Under the pieces are notes generated by a model that was given only the letters and a program-made list of their open reading frames with translations, was not told the DNA's origin and did not search any database. A DNA stretch of 64,000 bases, from the IMG/VR virus record IMGVR_UViG_3300029893_000001, positions 124,001 through 188,000 of that record; one strand, 5' to 3'. The translations under genes and the position numbers were made by a program. This document shows, piece by piece, positions 15,575 through 24,202 of the stretch; position 1 is the first letter of the stretch; every line of letters begins with the position of its first letter.

Positions 15575-16603
15575 TTACCTGTCCCACTCGTTGAACTCGA
15601 CCTTCTTCGTCATCCAGTGTTCGTCTGTCTGCACGTGATGACTCCGCACGTATTTGCCTACGACGTGCCGAAACTCACTATAACGAAACGAGTCGGCCAC
15701 CCTAACTACGTGGCCTTCGCACTGGTTTCCTTGGAATTCAGCTTCATACAAGCTGCGAATCTGGGTCTCATCCCATTCTCCATCATAGAGTACAGGAACG
15801 GTTTTTAGACCAAGCATATCGCAGTAACTGACTGTGTCGTCCCAAGACAGACACACATTCCACTCGTTCCAGATGCTAAAGACCTGAAAGAAGTGAGGGA
15901 GATTCTTGTAGCGAATCGAATGTACCGCCGATAGATTCTCGCCGCAAATCCTCCAGCGCTCAGGAATCTCGTGCGAAAACTGCTGCCAAAACGCCTTCAT
16001 CATCCCCCTAGACTCATGGGTCGTGTAGCTCAAAGCCCGAGCATGGATGAAGTCGCGGTACAATGATGTGTTCTCTCCGTCCATCTTGACGGTTGCAATT
16101 ACCCGGCGCCCCTCAAAACCTCTCGTAGACGACATAATCTTGTCGTCGCTAGTAGCTCCGGGGGACCAAGGGAGATGAAAGGTTCTCGGGTACTTCACAA
16201 TATGTGTGAAGTCCATCAATACAGGAGCGAGAATCGACTGAACAGACTCCTCATGAAACAGCTCCCCTGGAGTCCTTCGAGACGATTTTTCGTCCAGGTA
16301 TGGGTTGCCCCACTTGTCATAACGACCAGAAGAATCAAGATGGGGAGGAAGTAGAATCTTCTCGATTTTGCAGAGACGCCGAAGCTCCTCACATGAAACT
16401 AGCGTCTGCTCAGCCTTGTAGTGACACGGCTCGCATACCGAAGCCCCGTTGTCAAGATAGTAACCACCATCTGGCCAAAGGCGCCGTTCAATGATGTGAT
16501 GAGCATCGACCGCAGGAGCCCCACAGACGACGCACTTGTACGAATCCCGAGAAAATACAGCCTCTCGGAATTCATCTCGGGTAAGAAGTCTGTGGATTGA
16601 CAT
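15575..16603 (-). CDS. RNA ligase (ATP-dependent, Rnl2-like family) with an N-terminal HNH domain
   Basis: KYPRTFHLPWSPG..DDK, KMDGEN, ICGEN, EGHVVR, KYVR; N-terminal CVVC..DAHH..CEPCH. Confidence 0.85.
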   Translation of the reverse strand: MSIHRLLTRDEFREAVFSRDSYKCVVCGAPAVDAHHIIERRLWPDGGYYLDNGASVCEPCHYKAEQTLVSCEELRRLCKIEKILLPPHLDSSGRYDKWGNPYLDEKSSRRTPGELFHEESVQSILAPVLMDFTHIVKYPRTFHLPWSPGATSDDKIMSSTRGFEGRRVIATVKMDGENTSLYRDFIHARALSYTTHESRGMMKAFWQQFSHEIPERWRICGENLSAVHSIRYKNLPHFFQVFSIWNEWNVCLSWDDTVSYCDMLGLKTVPVLYDGEWDETQIRSLYEAEFQGNQCEGHVVRVADSFRYSEFRHVVGKYVRSHHVQTDEHWMTKKVEFNEWDR

Positions 16604-16606
16604 TGT

Positions 16607-16936
16607 TCACCCCTCAACGTCCTCGTGATAACAGACGTACTCGTCAAATTCAGGAGTCCCCAGAAGAAAGGTATCCCTAATCCCAGCGCTCCAGTGTTCG
16701 ATCACAACTAAGTCCGGGTAAGAAATACGGGGAATCCGCAGCTCAGCCCAACGAAACCGAAGAAACAGCCGAATTTTCTCACAAAACGTGAGGGGCTGCG
16801 TATATGGCCTAGGACGGCGTAGTACGAGTCTCATACCCCGTCTTCCTTCCGTCAACCAGTAGTAATCGTCGCCTTGCTGTAAGTCCACCCCGTTCAAAGA
16901 AACGTAGATGTCTCTTTCCGAAAGAAGGCTGTTCAC
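16607..16936 (-). CDS. hypothetical protein
   Basis: Coupled ORF. Confidence 0.6.
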   Translation of the reverse strand: MNSLLSERDIYVSLNGVDLQQGDDYYWLTEGRRGMRLVLRRPRPYTQPLTFCEKIRLFLRFRWAELRIPRISYPDLVVIEHWSAGIRDTFLLGTPEFDEYVCYHEDVEG

Positions 16937-17238
16937 GAGGCCTTTCCCTTGTACGACTGAGGCCCAGGTACATACGTAATCCCTGGCAAAACGCCATCTG
17001 CAGGAAGAAATCCATGCTGGATGTAGTAGAGCACCTGAGCTTTGCCATAGTGCTCATTCACGATTCGAAGCCAAGATCGGGCTGTCTGATCGTCCCGATA
17101 ACGGCCCTCGCGACGAGAGTACATTGAGTACACAACATTGCAGGTCTCGACGCATTTCTCGTACTCCTCTTGCATCCTAGCTTCCAGCCCGGCGATGCAG
17201 CACTCCAAAACTGCAAGTCTACTTTCAAGGCTTTTCAT
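16933..17238 (-). CDS. hypothetical protein
   Basis: Coupled ORF. Confidence 0.6.
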   Translation of the reverse strand: MKSLESRLAVLECCIAGLEARMQEEYEKCVETCNVVYSMYSRREGRYRDDQTARSWLRIVNEHYGKAQVLYYIQHGFLPADGVLPGITYVPGPQSYKGKAS

Positions 17239-18179
17239 ACAGCCCTCAAGTATTCCTCAACAATCGACACACAAAGCTCGTCTAGCTTGTGGACAGGAGG
17301 TGTATGACGAAGAGTAGAAGTCGCGTAGAGAGTGTCAGCCTGCTTTTCTAGCTTGTCTGCTTCTTCCAAGAGTCGCTCATACGTCCAAGCCCCGTTCCGA
17401 ATTGCCAAAAGCTCGTCAGCATCGGGGCGCTTGACCAGGACACCCTTTCCTTCAAGGATTTCAACGCACATGCGCATTAGACGCATTAAGTGCATGCCGT
17501 GCTTGGTATCGTAACCATACTTCGCCTCCAACGCAGCACGGTCCTTATTCCGGGTCGCCTCCCAATTCTTGTACTGCTTCCAATGCTGGAGGGCTGCAGC
17601 ATATTGCTTTTCTCGCTGAATGGCGGTCATGACTTCTCCACCAAAGGAGTACCCAGACGCCGAAAGCTCGTCAAAAGCTCCCATGATGGAGCCGCTGACT
17701 ACTTTGTTACCCTCATCCGGAAGCCCAAAGTCCGCCCGACTCGGCTTTTCCCTTGGAGGGTTTAGCAACCAACTCCGGTGTGTCCGAATCCTCTTGAGCT
17801 GGGCATGGGCGTAACCGGAAAACGTGAATTTCGCTTTCTTTGAAAGAAAGAGATCCTTGGCCTCCAACAGCCTCTCACCAAGCTTATTCACGAAAACATG
17901 GTCAGACTCATGAGTGTGCAGCACCTCGATGATATTAGGGTTGCAGTCGGCCGCCAGCTTGATGAACTTTCGAATGTCGAACACGACCTTGTCATGAGGG
18001 TGGCCGTTGGACACCAGCTCTTCGGACTGCTCAAAGTTAAAGGCGTACCCCAGGAAATACTGCTTCGGGGGAATAGCCACACCTTTGTAGTCGGTATCCG
18101 AAGTGGGCGTGCTAGTGCCATACGCACGGCTGCCGTGTACGGTTAGGTAGATCGTGTGCTCTTTGATGTTGAATTGCAT
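17235..18179 (-). CDS. DNA polymerase beta-superfamily nucleotidyltransferase (RlaP-like)
   Basis: GSRAYGTSTPTSDTDYKG, NPNIIE, YDTKHGMHLMRL, LLAIRNG. Confidence 0.88.
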   Translation of the reverse strand: MQFNIKEHTIYLTVHGSRAYGTSTPTSDTDYKGVAIPPKQYFLGYAFNFEQSEELVSNGHPHDKVVFDIRKFIKLAADCNPNIIEVLHTHESDHVFVNKLGERLLEAKDLFLSKKAKFTFSGYAHAQLKRIRTHRSWLLNPPREKPSRADFGLPDEGNKVVSGSIMGAFDELSASGYSFGGEVMTAIQREKQYAAALQHWKQYKNWEATRNKDRAALEAKYGYDTKHGMHLMRLMRMCVEILEGKGVLVKRPDADELLAIRNGAWTYERLLEEADKLEKQADTLYATSTLRHTPPVHKLDELCVSIVEEYLRAV

Positions 18180-18186
18180 GTAAGCC

Positions 18187-18651
18187 TCAGAAATCGTAGA
18201 CAGTCACATCAAGCCCCTTCAAGGTGTTCAAAACGATTGGCTCCATGCGGTCCCACGAACCACCAGCTAACCCACAACCCATCCGAGGCATGTGAATCGT
18301 AGCGTCCAACCTCTTGGCGTACTTAGCAACCGACCGCAGCCCAGTCTCGATTGCAGAGTAGCGGATGGGGCTGGGATTAGCCGGGCCTAGAAGACCCTTC
18401 TGGCCAATTAGATTGGCTACAGTGATCTGTTCATCGTGCTCGGATTCAACCGAAACGAATTGAACGTCCCCTAACTTAAGCTGACCCCGTGTAAGAGAGT
18501 CAACGTAAGCCGCCTCGGGCTCGGGCCACCGTCGCGACAGAGCCAAAACGAATCCGGCGCCCCAGGCGCCGAGGTCGTTGCAACAGTGCACGATGATCTT
18601 ATGTCCCTTACCCCGAGGATAAGTAGCGTCACCCTTCACGTAGCGAATCAT
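18187..18651 (-). CDS. macro domain (Appr-1-p processing) protein
   Basis: YVKGDAT, HCCNDLGAWGAGF, MPRMGCGLAGGSW. Confidence 0.92.
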   Translation of the reverse strand: MIRYVKGDATYPRGKGHKIIVHCCNDLGAWGAGFVLALSRRWPEPEAAYVDSLTRGQLKLGDVQFVSVESEHDEQITVANLIGQKGLLGPANPSPIRYSAIETGLRSVAKYAKRLDATIHMPRMGCGLAGGSWDRMEPIVLNTLKGLDVTVYDF

Positions 18652-19069
18652 CCTTGAGTTCTTCTTTCTCTGCTTGGGCTTCGAGCTGAACAATTAGAGA
18701 GGTGAGGTTTTGAATCACAGCCTGAACCTCGGCCACAGTGATCTTCACGACCTTGTCAGCATCCACAGTCCTTTCAATCGTGTGCCGGATAGGAGTCTCG
18801 CTAAACAGCGGAGCGTCCCTTACACGCCGAATTACCAAAAGCGGAGGTAACTCGTCTCCAGGCTTGAAGCCTCGGGCCAACAAAGAGGGATTGTTGAACA
18901 ACTCATGGTCCATCAAGATCCTGGAGTGAAACTCTCGAATCTCGTAGATGTGAGGACGATCTCCGTCAGTGACAAGACAGACAAAATCCCCCTGACGAAT
19001 AGAGGGATCCCAATGTTTTCCCGCTAATGCCTGCGGCGGCCTCTCCAGTCTCTTACGCCTTCGACGCAT
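18629..19069 (-). CDS. hypothetical protein
   Basis: ORF; start trimmed to limit overlap. Confidence 0.6.
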   Translation of the reverse strand: MRRRRKRLERPPQALAGKHWDPSIRQGDFVCLVTDGDRPHIYEIREFHSRILMDHELFNNPSLLARGFKPGDELPPLLVIRRVRDAPLFSETPIRHTIERTVDADKVVKITVAEVQAVIQNLTSLIVQLEAQAEKEELKDDSLREG

Positions 19070-19640
19070 CAACGCCCCGATAAATGCATTGAACCGAAAG
19101 ACCGATGACATTCTTCGCCATATCGGCTCGAATCCGGAAAGGCTGTACAGAAAAGGACGAAAGCTCATCCTTTAGGTCACGTACCACACGTGCTGCAACT
19201 TCCTCTCGTGCCTTGTCGGCCGTAACAGTCCCTGCTCCAGGAGAAATTCGAGCAGTATGAATCCTACCCACCAAGACGAACTTCACCAAAAAGTGACCAC
19301 TGGAGGCAACCTTCGACTCTTTAGAGTGAAAGACGAGCCCAGTAACTTCTTCTAGTATGGGAGCAATCAACCTACTCTTGTCATCCTCTGGGACTGGAGC
19401 CGGGCTGCGCGTCTGGGGTACGTCGGGCGACGTAGGAATTAGCGTGAAGGTATACCGACGAACCTTATTACGGGTCATGGAACGCTTGAGCCGTAATACC
19501 TTTTTCATCGTCGGATGTGAAGAACTATACCCGTGAACGCGGAGAGCCGCCTGGATCGCGAGCAGACAACGTTCTGCATCCGTCTCCATCGTGTAGCTAG
19601 AAAACGTTAGGTTGCCAAAAGGCCTATCCTCCGCAGTCAT
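19053..19640 (-). CDS. hypothetical protein, local paralogue family (GY..H..M..L..L..YTF domain)
   Basis: Shares a ~45-aa N-terminal motif with three neighbours. Confidence 0.7.
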   Translation of the reverse strand: MTAEDRPFGNLTFSSYTMETDAERCLLAIQAALRVHGYSSSHPTMKKVLRLKRSMTRNKVRRYTFTLIPTSPDVPQTRSPAPVPEDDKSRLIAPILEEVTGLVFHSKESKVASSGHFLVKFVLVGRIHTARISPGAGTVTADKAREEVAARVVRDLKDELSSFSVQPFRIRADMAKNVIGLSVQCIYRGVDASKA

Positions 19641-19677
19641 TGCTGTCCCTCAATCCTAATGGCGGCTCGGCAGCGCT

Positions 19678-20130
19678 TTACTTAGCCGGCTGTGCCTGCT
19701 TCAGTTCCTGAACGTATTCGATGATCGCTTGTCGAACACGATTGTCCGTCAACCTCTTGGCATTTGTAGCCACAACAAAATGGCTTCCCTTGTGGGCAAC
19801 AATCTTCGTCTTCCACCCATCGATCTTAGAAAAGACAGACGTGATGACAGTAGAATCGAATTCGTTTCGTGTCCTGAAAGCCCGCACGATGGGTGCATCA
19901 GAAGAATGATCGGTCGCAGTGTCTGCAGCCTTGGTGGAAACCTCGTCCTGGTCGGGGTCGTTCTTCTGAGAACGATCCGTAGTCCCAAACGTGAATCCAT
20001 CATTTTTGAGTGCCTTCAACAGGCGCCGTGCCGTCTTCATAACCTGAGAGTCAGACGGGAAGCCATCTTCCTGAAGCTGATTCTCTAAGTCTCGAAAGTG
20101 ACGCTCTACGTCATTTGCATTCTCAGCCAT
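19678..20130 (-). CDS. hypothetical protein, local paralogue family
   Basis: ERHFRDLENQLQEDGF...RRLLKALKNDGFTF. Confidence 0.7.
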   Translation of the reverse strand: MAENANDVERHFRDLENQLQEDGFPSDSQVMKTARRLLKALKNDGFTFGTTDRSQKNDPDQDEVSTKAADTATDHSSDAPIVRAFRTRNEFDSTVITSVFSKIDGWKTKIVAHKGSHFVVATNAKRLTDNRVRQAIIEYVQELKQAQPAK

Positions 20131-20308
20131 TGCTCGACTCCATCTGTTCAACGGGCCTGAAAGTGTATCCATTCGCCCGCAACGCCTTACGAAGGCGAGC
20201 AAGCTTTTGCAGGGCTGCATGGCTCCTGTCATAGCCTTGCTTCAACATCAGACGACGAAGGCGTTCGAAATGCTTTTCAGTAGCAGTTTGGTAAGTCATG
20301 TTCGTCAC
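20123..20308 (-). CDS. hypothetical protein, local paralogue family (domain only)
   Basis: EKHFERLRRLMLKQGY...ARLRKALRANGYTF. Confidence 0.7.
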   Translation of the reverse strand: MTNMTYQTATEKHFERLRRLMLKQGYDRSHAALQKLARLRKALRANGYTFRPVEQMESSNG

Positions 20309-20496
20309 CTCGTAAGGCCAGAAATGCGCTCTGCTTGAGCCACCAATCGGTCCAAAACAGACTTCTTAGTAGCTACGCTCATGTCCATCAACAACTTGTC
20401 GGAGCTGCGATTCTCCAACTGTGAAAGTACATTGGAAAGAGACTCGAAAAACTTCAAGTCTTCTCCAACAGGACCACCACGGCAACACGTACTCAT
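20305..20496 (-). CDS. hypothetical protein
   Basis: Coupled ORF. Confidence 0.55.
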   Translation of the reverse strand: MSTCCRGGPVGEDLKFFESLSNVLSQLENRSSDKLLMDMSVATKKSVLDRLVAQAERISGLTR

Positions 20497-20912
20497 TTTG
20501 CCTCCGACGTTGGAGGCAACCTCATCTCTCGAAACAGAGAGACCAGCTCCGAAACACTCAAGTCAGTTCGTCGGTATCCGCGACCGGTCTCGTCTCGTCG
20601 CCGCTCAGCAAGCTCAGCATCGTCCAAAAGACGAGACAAGAAAGGCATATACTCACCTGTGAGGTATAGCTGGTCTTCGATTTCTGCAAGCTCCGGAACT
20701 TTGTCAGCAGCCTCATCAATGAGGTCAACAATTCGATTCTTGACTTCTTTGCTCAACAAAAGAGGCCTACGATCGATATAAGGAACAAATTGGACGTTCC
20801 CACAAATGCACGCAGTACACGCCAAAGAAACCTTACAGCATTGGCTACACAACCAATGATGGCGCTGCTCTACGTTCGAAACCGGCAAAGTTAGATCACT
20901 GAGGTCGAACAA
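20493..20912 (-). CDS. hypothetical zinc-binding protein
   Basis: Cys cluster; AAGGAGG RBS. Confidence 0.65.
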   Translation of the reverse strand: MFDLSDLTLPVSNVEQRHHWLCSQCCKVSLACTACICGNVQFVPYIDRRPLLLSKEVKNRIVDLIDEAADKVPELAEIEDQLYLTGEYMPFLSRLLDDAELAERRRDETGRGYRRTDLSVSELVSLFREMRLPPTSEAK

Positions 20913-20938
20913 GGGTCCTCCTTTAGGGTCAGCATTTT

Positions 20939-20954
20939 ACTATCGGCAGGGTTC
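20939..20954 (-). promoter_or_regulatory. phage promoter-like motif GAACCCTGCCGATAGT
   Basis: Motif copy just downstream of a terminator. Confidence 0.72.
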
Positions 20955-20977
20955 GCCGTCTCCAAAAGCAAAAGCAA

Positions 20978-21003
20978 AAAGCCTCCAACAATGTGGAGGC
21001 TTT
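20978..21003 (-). terminator. intrinsic terminator
   Basis: AAAGCCTCCA/TGGAGGCTTT hairpin followed by a U-rich run on the minus strand. Confidence 0.7.
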
Positions 21004-21023
21004 GCTTCTGGAGTCAACGACCG

Positions 21024-21791
21024 TCAGTCGTCCTCGTCATCCCAATCATCGAACGAGTCGTCATCTTCATCGTCGTCCTCAGGCGGAGGAGCTGGCTTCT
21101 TGGCCGGCGAAACAGCGACCTTTTTCTTGGGAGGGGGAGGAAGATCATCCTCGTCCTCCTCGTCCTCATCCTCGTCGTCATCATCGTCGTCGGACGGCGG
21201 GACGGGCTTCTTGGCGGGTTTGGTGGGTGCCTTTTTCTTGGGAGGGGGAGGAAGATCATCCTCGTCCTCATCCTCCTCGTCGTCATCATCGTCGTCATCA
21301 TCGTCAGGCGGAGGAGTAGGCTTTTTAGAAAGCGCAGGCTTCTTTGGCGTGGGTGCCTCGTCCTCGTCATCCTCGTCATCCTCGTCGTCGTCATCGTCGG
21401 GCGGCGGAGGAGGTGCTTTCTTAGGCGCAGCAGTTTTGGGAGGGGGCATCGTTGCCTCCTCGTCGTCATCCTCATCGCCGTTACCAGACTCTTCCGATTC
21501 GGGGGGAGGAACAGGAACTGGATTCTTTCTCGGTCGCCCTGGCCCACGCTTCACAGGAGCGGTCGTTGACGACGTTGTTGTCGGGGTGGGCTCCGCCTTC
21601 GTAGGCTCGCACCCCGGATTCCAACTAATAGTAACAGCGTCAGCGCTGTCCATCTCAAGCGCAATGATCATCCCGCGAATGACATCGTCAGAAACGCCAG
21701 ATCCCTTAACGATTACCTCGCCGGACCTACGCACAAGAATGTCTAGAAGATGCTGCACCAACATCTTCTGCTCGGTCTTAGAAAAAGCCAT
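21024..21791 (-). CDS. AT-hook protein with alternating acidic and Pro/Lys repeats (HMGA/histone-chaperone-like)
   Basis: KRGPGRPRK followed by repeated PPP-D/E(n)-LPPPPKKK blocks. Confidence 0.75.
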   Translation of the reverse strand: MAFSKTEQKMLVQHLLDILVRRSGEVIVKGSGVSDDVIRGMIIALEMDSADAVTISWNPGCEPTKAEPTPTTTSSTTAPVKRGPGRPRKNPVPVPPPESEESGNGDEDDDEEATMPPPKTAAPKKAPPPPPDDDDDEDDEDDEDEAPTPKKPALSKKPTPPPDDDDDDDDDEEDEDEDDLPPPPKKKAPTKPAKKPVPPSDDDDDDEDEDEEDEDDLPPPPKKKVAVSPAKKPAPPPEDDDEDDDSFDDWDDEDD

Positions 21792-21810
21792 AAGCTTCTG
21801 GTCTCCTTGT

Positions 21811-22032
21811 TCAGACTAGGTTATCGAGAGCCTCACTGAAGGTCTCTTCGCTGCCTTTGTCCCTGGAACGAGCCTTTACAGGACTAGCGGCTGTGACCGC
21901 AAAGGAGTAGCCAGAGGCCTCCAAAGAACTGCGGAGTGTCTTAATCAGACGCATTGCACGATGCGTTCCTTTGTACCCGTCTTTGCGAAGCTGTGCTTCA
22001 AGTTCAGCTAATGATGTGACGACCTTGGACAT
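21811..22032 (-). CDS. hypothetical protein, local paralogue family
   Basis: LAELEAQLRKDGYKGTHRAMRLIKTLRSSLEASGYSF. Confidence 0.7.
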   Translation of the reverse strand: MSKVVTSLAELEAQLRKDGYKGTHRAMRLIKTLRSSLEASGYSFAVTAASPVKARSRDKGSEETFSEALDNLV

Positions 22033-22066
22033 GTAATTCTCCCTAAGAACGTTGTTTACAGTCGAT

Positions 22067-22399
22067 TCAGTTCATTTGAACTGTACCGCAAGACAAAGCA
22101 AGCAAGGATGCGCAAACCGCCTCGACCTTGCTCTCATCGTATACTACTGCAAGATCGCACACGCTCATGAGCGCTTCGTATAGCGTGGCTAATTCAGCTT
22201 CAGGCGTCGGAAGGTCGTCAAACTTATCCCTGACCGCCAAGAAAGTAACAGAATCAGCCTCTGACGTCAAAAGAGCGTCTATCGTCATTGACAGTGTGAT
22301 GATAGATCCCCTCTCAATTCCAGAGAGAAATCGAATAGCCAACTCTCCAGTAGAAAGAGAGATTCTGCGCAAAAGTTCTCTCTGGTTGGAATCAAGCAC
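22067..22399 (-). CDS. hypothetical protein
   Basis: Start moved to GTG 22399, outside tRNA-Pro. Confidence 0.55.
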   Translation of the reverse strand: MLDSNQRELLRRISLSTGELAIRFLSGIERGSIITLSMTIDALLTSEADSVTFLAVRDKFDDLPTPEAELATLYEALMSVCDLAVVYDESKVEAVCASLLALSCGTVQMN

Positions 22400-22416
22400 C
22401 CCTATACATAACGTAG

Positions 22417-22490
22417 TCAGCGTGGAGGGATTTGAACCCCCGACATCGAGCACCCAAAGCTCGTGCACTACCAGACTGTGCTACACGCTG
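22417..22490 (-). tRNA. tRNA-Pro(TGG)
   Basis: Cloverleaf, TTTGGGT loop. Confidence 0.95.
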
Positions 22491-22493
22491 AAA

Positions 22494-22568
22494 TCGGTGT
22501 GGCGGGATTCGAACCCACGACCCCCAGACCCCCAGTCTGGTGCGCTAACCAGGCTGCGCTACACACCG
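22494..22568 (-). tRNA. tRNA-Pro(GGG)
   Basis: Cloverleaf, CTGGGGG loop. Confidence 0.95.
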
Positions 22569-22584
22569 TTGTGTTTTCAATTAA

Positions 22585-22659
22585 TCGGGGTAGCAGGATT
22601 TGAACCTGCGGACCTCTCGGTCCCGAACCGAACGCTCTACCAAACTGAGCTATACCCCG
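22585..22659 (-). tRNA. tRNA-Pro(CGG)
   Basis: Cloverleaf, TTCGGGA loop. Confidence 0.95.
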
Positions 22660-22675
22660 CTCTTTGTCAAGCGGA

Positions 22676-22748
22676 TGACCCCAACGGGATTTGAACCCGT
22701 GTTCTCGGCGTGAAAGGCCGGCGTCCTGGGCCGCTAGACGATGGGGCC
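22676..22748 (-). tRNA. tRNA-Glu(TTC)
   Basis: GGCCCCA/TGGGGTC acceptor, CTTTCAC loop. Confidence 0.95.
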
Positions 22749-22755
22749 GAAGGAA

Positions 22756-23043
22756 TCAACTGTACACTACTTCGAGAGTTAAGTCCAGCGCCGGACCATG
22801 TGTCGCGTCCACTATTTCAGTTTTACCCGTCACCCGGACAAACGTATAGCGACACAAGTGAGGAAAAGGTTCCTCTGGAAACATGTCGAGAAAGACCAGA
22901 ATCCCAGGGTCGTCGGAGTCCGGAGTAAAAGATCCCCTAAATACTGGGCGTCCTCGTGAGTCGGTCACTGCCGACATTTTCAGTAATGACCGACTCACGA
23001 ATACCCGCGTTTCGCTCCCAAGGAGCTTCTTCCGAGTTGACAT
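22756..23043 (-). CDS. hypothetical protein
   Basis: ORF in the dominant orientation. Confidence 0.6.
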   Translation of the reverse strand: MSTRKKLLGSETRVFVSRSLLKMSAVTDSRGRPVFRGSFTPDSDDPGILVFLDMFPEEPFPHLCRYTFVRVTGKTEIVDATHGPALDLTLEVVYS

Positions 23044-23046
23044 GCC

Positions 23047-24150
23047 CTAATTATACTCCGTACCGTCCTTACGCAGCAAATAATCCGCACTGACGGATTT
23101 GAGCTGAACACGTCCGATCTCGTTGGACCGGCGCTCCTTCAAAGGCCGAACAATTACTCCCTCACGAATGTGCATCTGCTTACCAGAGACCGATTCCTTA
23201 CCGTCCGTCCACTGTGCCAAGATTTCCTTGCTAAATGGCCCTCGATATAGGACAGGAACTCTGGGAAGATCAAGAAGGTTCAAGAAAGCGTCCAGCTCAT
23301 CATCGTCCAAATACCGGGCCTCAGGAGAGCCGGGCCGTCCTACAAAGACATCGAACACGCGAAACCCTAAGGTGTTATCCTGACCACTGCTTGCACCGTA
23401 GGCCAAATCTTGAACTCCTCTACCGAAAACCTCTCCAAGAACGTACACGGGGTAGCCGTCAAGAAGATAGCCTGCGCCGCTGCAATGCTCACGAAGTTTC
23501 TCAATAACACGGTTTGCCCGAGCAGCCCGCATGTACAGATTTTTCTCGTTCTTCTCATTAGGCTTAAGTGCGAGCCCCTGGGAACTCATGCCTTTTGAGG
23601 AGATGAGAATATCTCCGTACTTTTCATGAGCCATCGTGGACGGCAAAACACCTATCATGCACCAAGTACCGTGAATTTTCTCAGTGAAAACAACGGGCTC
23701 ACCTTCTCGGATAATCTCTGGGTATCGCTTGAAGTTCTCGATATCGTATTTCAAGCACTTATCCTGCCCCGCTGCGTACACCTCACCTGAGAGGTGAGCG
23801 GGTACGGGAGGAACGTACTTGATGACTCCGAGTTCCTCAACAACATTTTGGCCTTCCGTCCAATGTGGACGACAAGGATAGCAAAGCCCCTGAGACAGAA
23901 TTCCACGCAGGCGGACTGCCTTTACACGGTCATGATTTGACCCCGCGAGCCGTCCCTCCAAACCCATCTCCCGAATCAAATCGATCGGAAGTATGGACTG
24001 CTCTGGAATGTAAGCAGCGAGATCGCCAGTCTTGTATTGACCCTTGCGAACGATTGAGAGATAGTCGCCGATCCGTGCAAGTTCTAATGCATCAGCATTA
24101 GGGTGTTCCTCGATCGTAAGGCGAACTACTTCGACCTTGTGCTCAGACAT
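23047..24150 (-). CDS. RNA ligase, DRB0094/Rnl5-like, with an N-terminal OB fold
   Basis: HPNADALEL, EKIHGT, LGEVFG, FRVFDV, REGVIVR, LKSVSADYL; GGAGG RBS before ATG 24150. Confidence 0.9.
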   Translation of the reverse strand: MSEHKVEVVRLTIEEHPNADALELARIGDYLSIVRKGQYKTGDLAAYIPEQSILPIDLIREMGLEGRLAGSNHDRVKAVRLRGILSQGLCYPCRPHWTEGQNVVEELGVIKYVPPVPAHLSGEVYAAGQDKCLKYDIENFKRYPEIIREGEPVVFTEKIHGTWCMIGVLPSTMAHEKYGDILISSKGMSSQGLALKPNEKNEKNLYMRAARANRVIEKLREHCSGAGYLLDGYPVYVLGEVFGRGVQDLAYGASSGQDNTLGFRVFDVFVGRPGSPEARYLDDDELDAFLNLLDLPRVPVLYRGPFSKEILAQWTDGKESVSGKQMHIREGVIVRPLKERRSNEIGRVQLKSVSADYLLRKDGTEYN

Positions 24151-24177
24151 GGTAAGCCTCCAAGTTTGGAGTGCATC

Positions 24178-24193
24178 ACTATCGTTAGGGTTC
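24178..24193 (-). promoter_or_regulatory. phage promoter-like motif GAACCCTAACGATAGT
   Basis: Motif copy upstream of the RNA ligase. Confidence 0.7.
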
Positions 24194-24202
24194 AGCGGTC
24201 CG

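Noticed and set aside
21040-21480. CRISPR array or DNA-level repeat element
   Set aside because: The repeats are in-frame codon repeats of an acidic protein. No repeat-spacer array was seen anywhere in the window.
20991-21819. Ser-rich and Val/Leu-rich plus-strand ORFs (also 39886-40545)
   Set aside because: Antisense shadows of the Asp/Glu repeat genes.
22399-22468. ORF-track starts lying inside tRNAs (also 15144 and 56491)
   Set aside because: Plausible downstream in-frame starts exist, so the overlaps are artefacts of longest-ORF calling.
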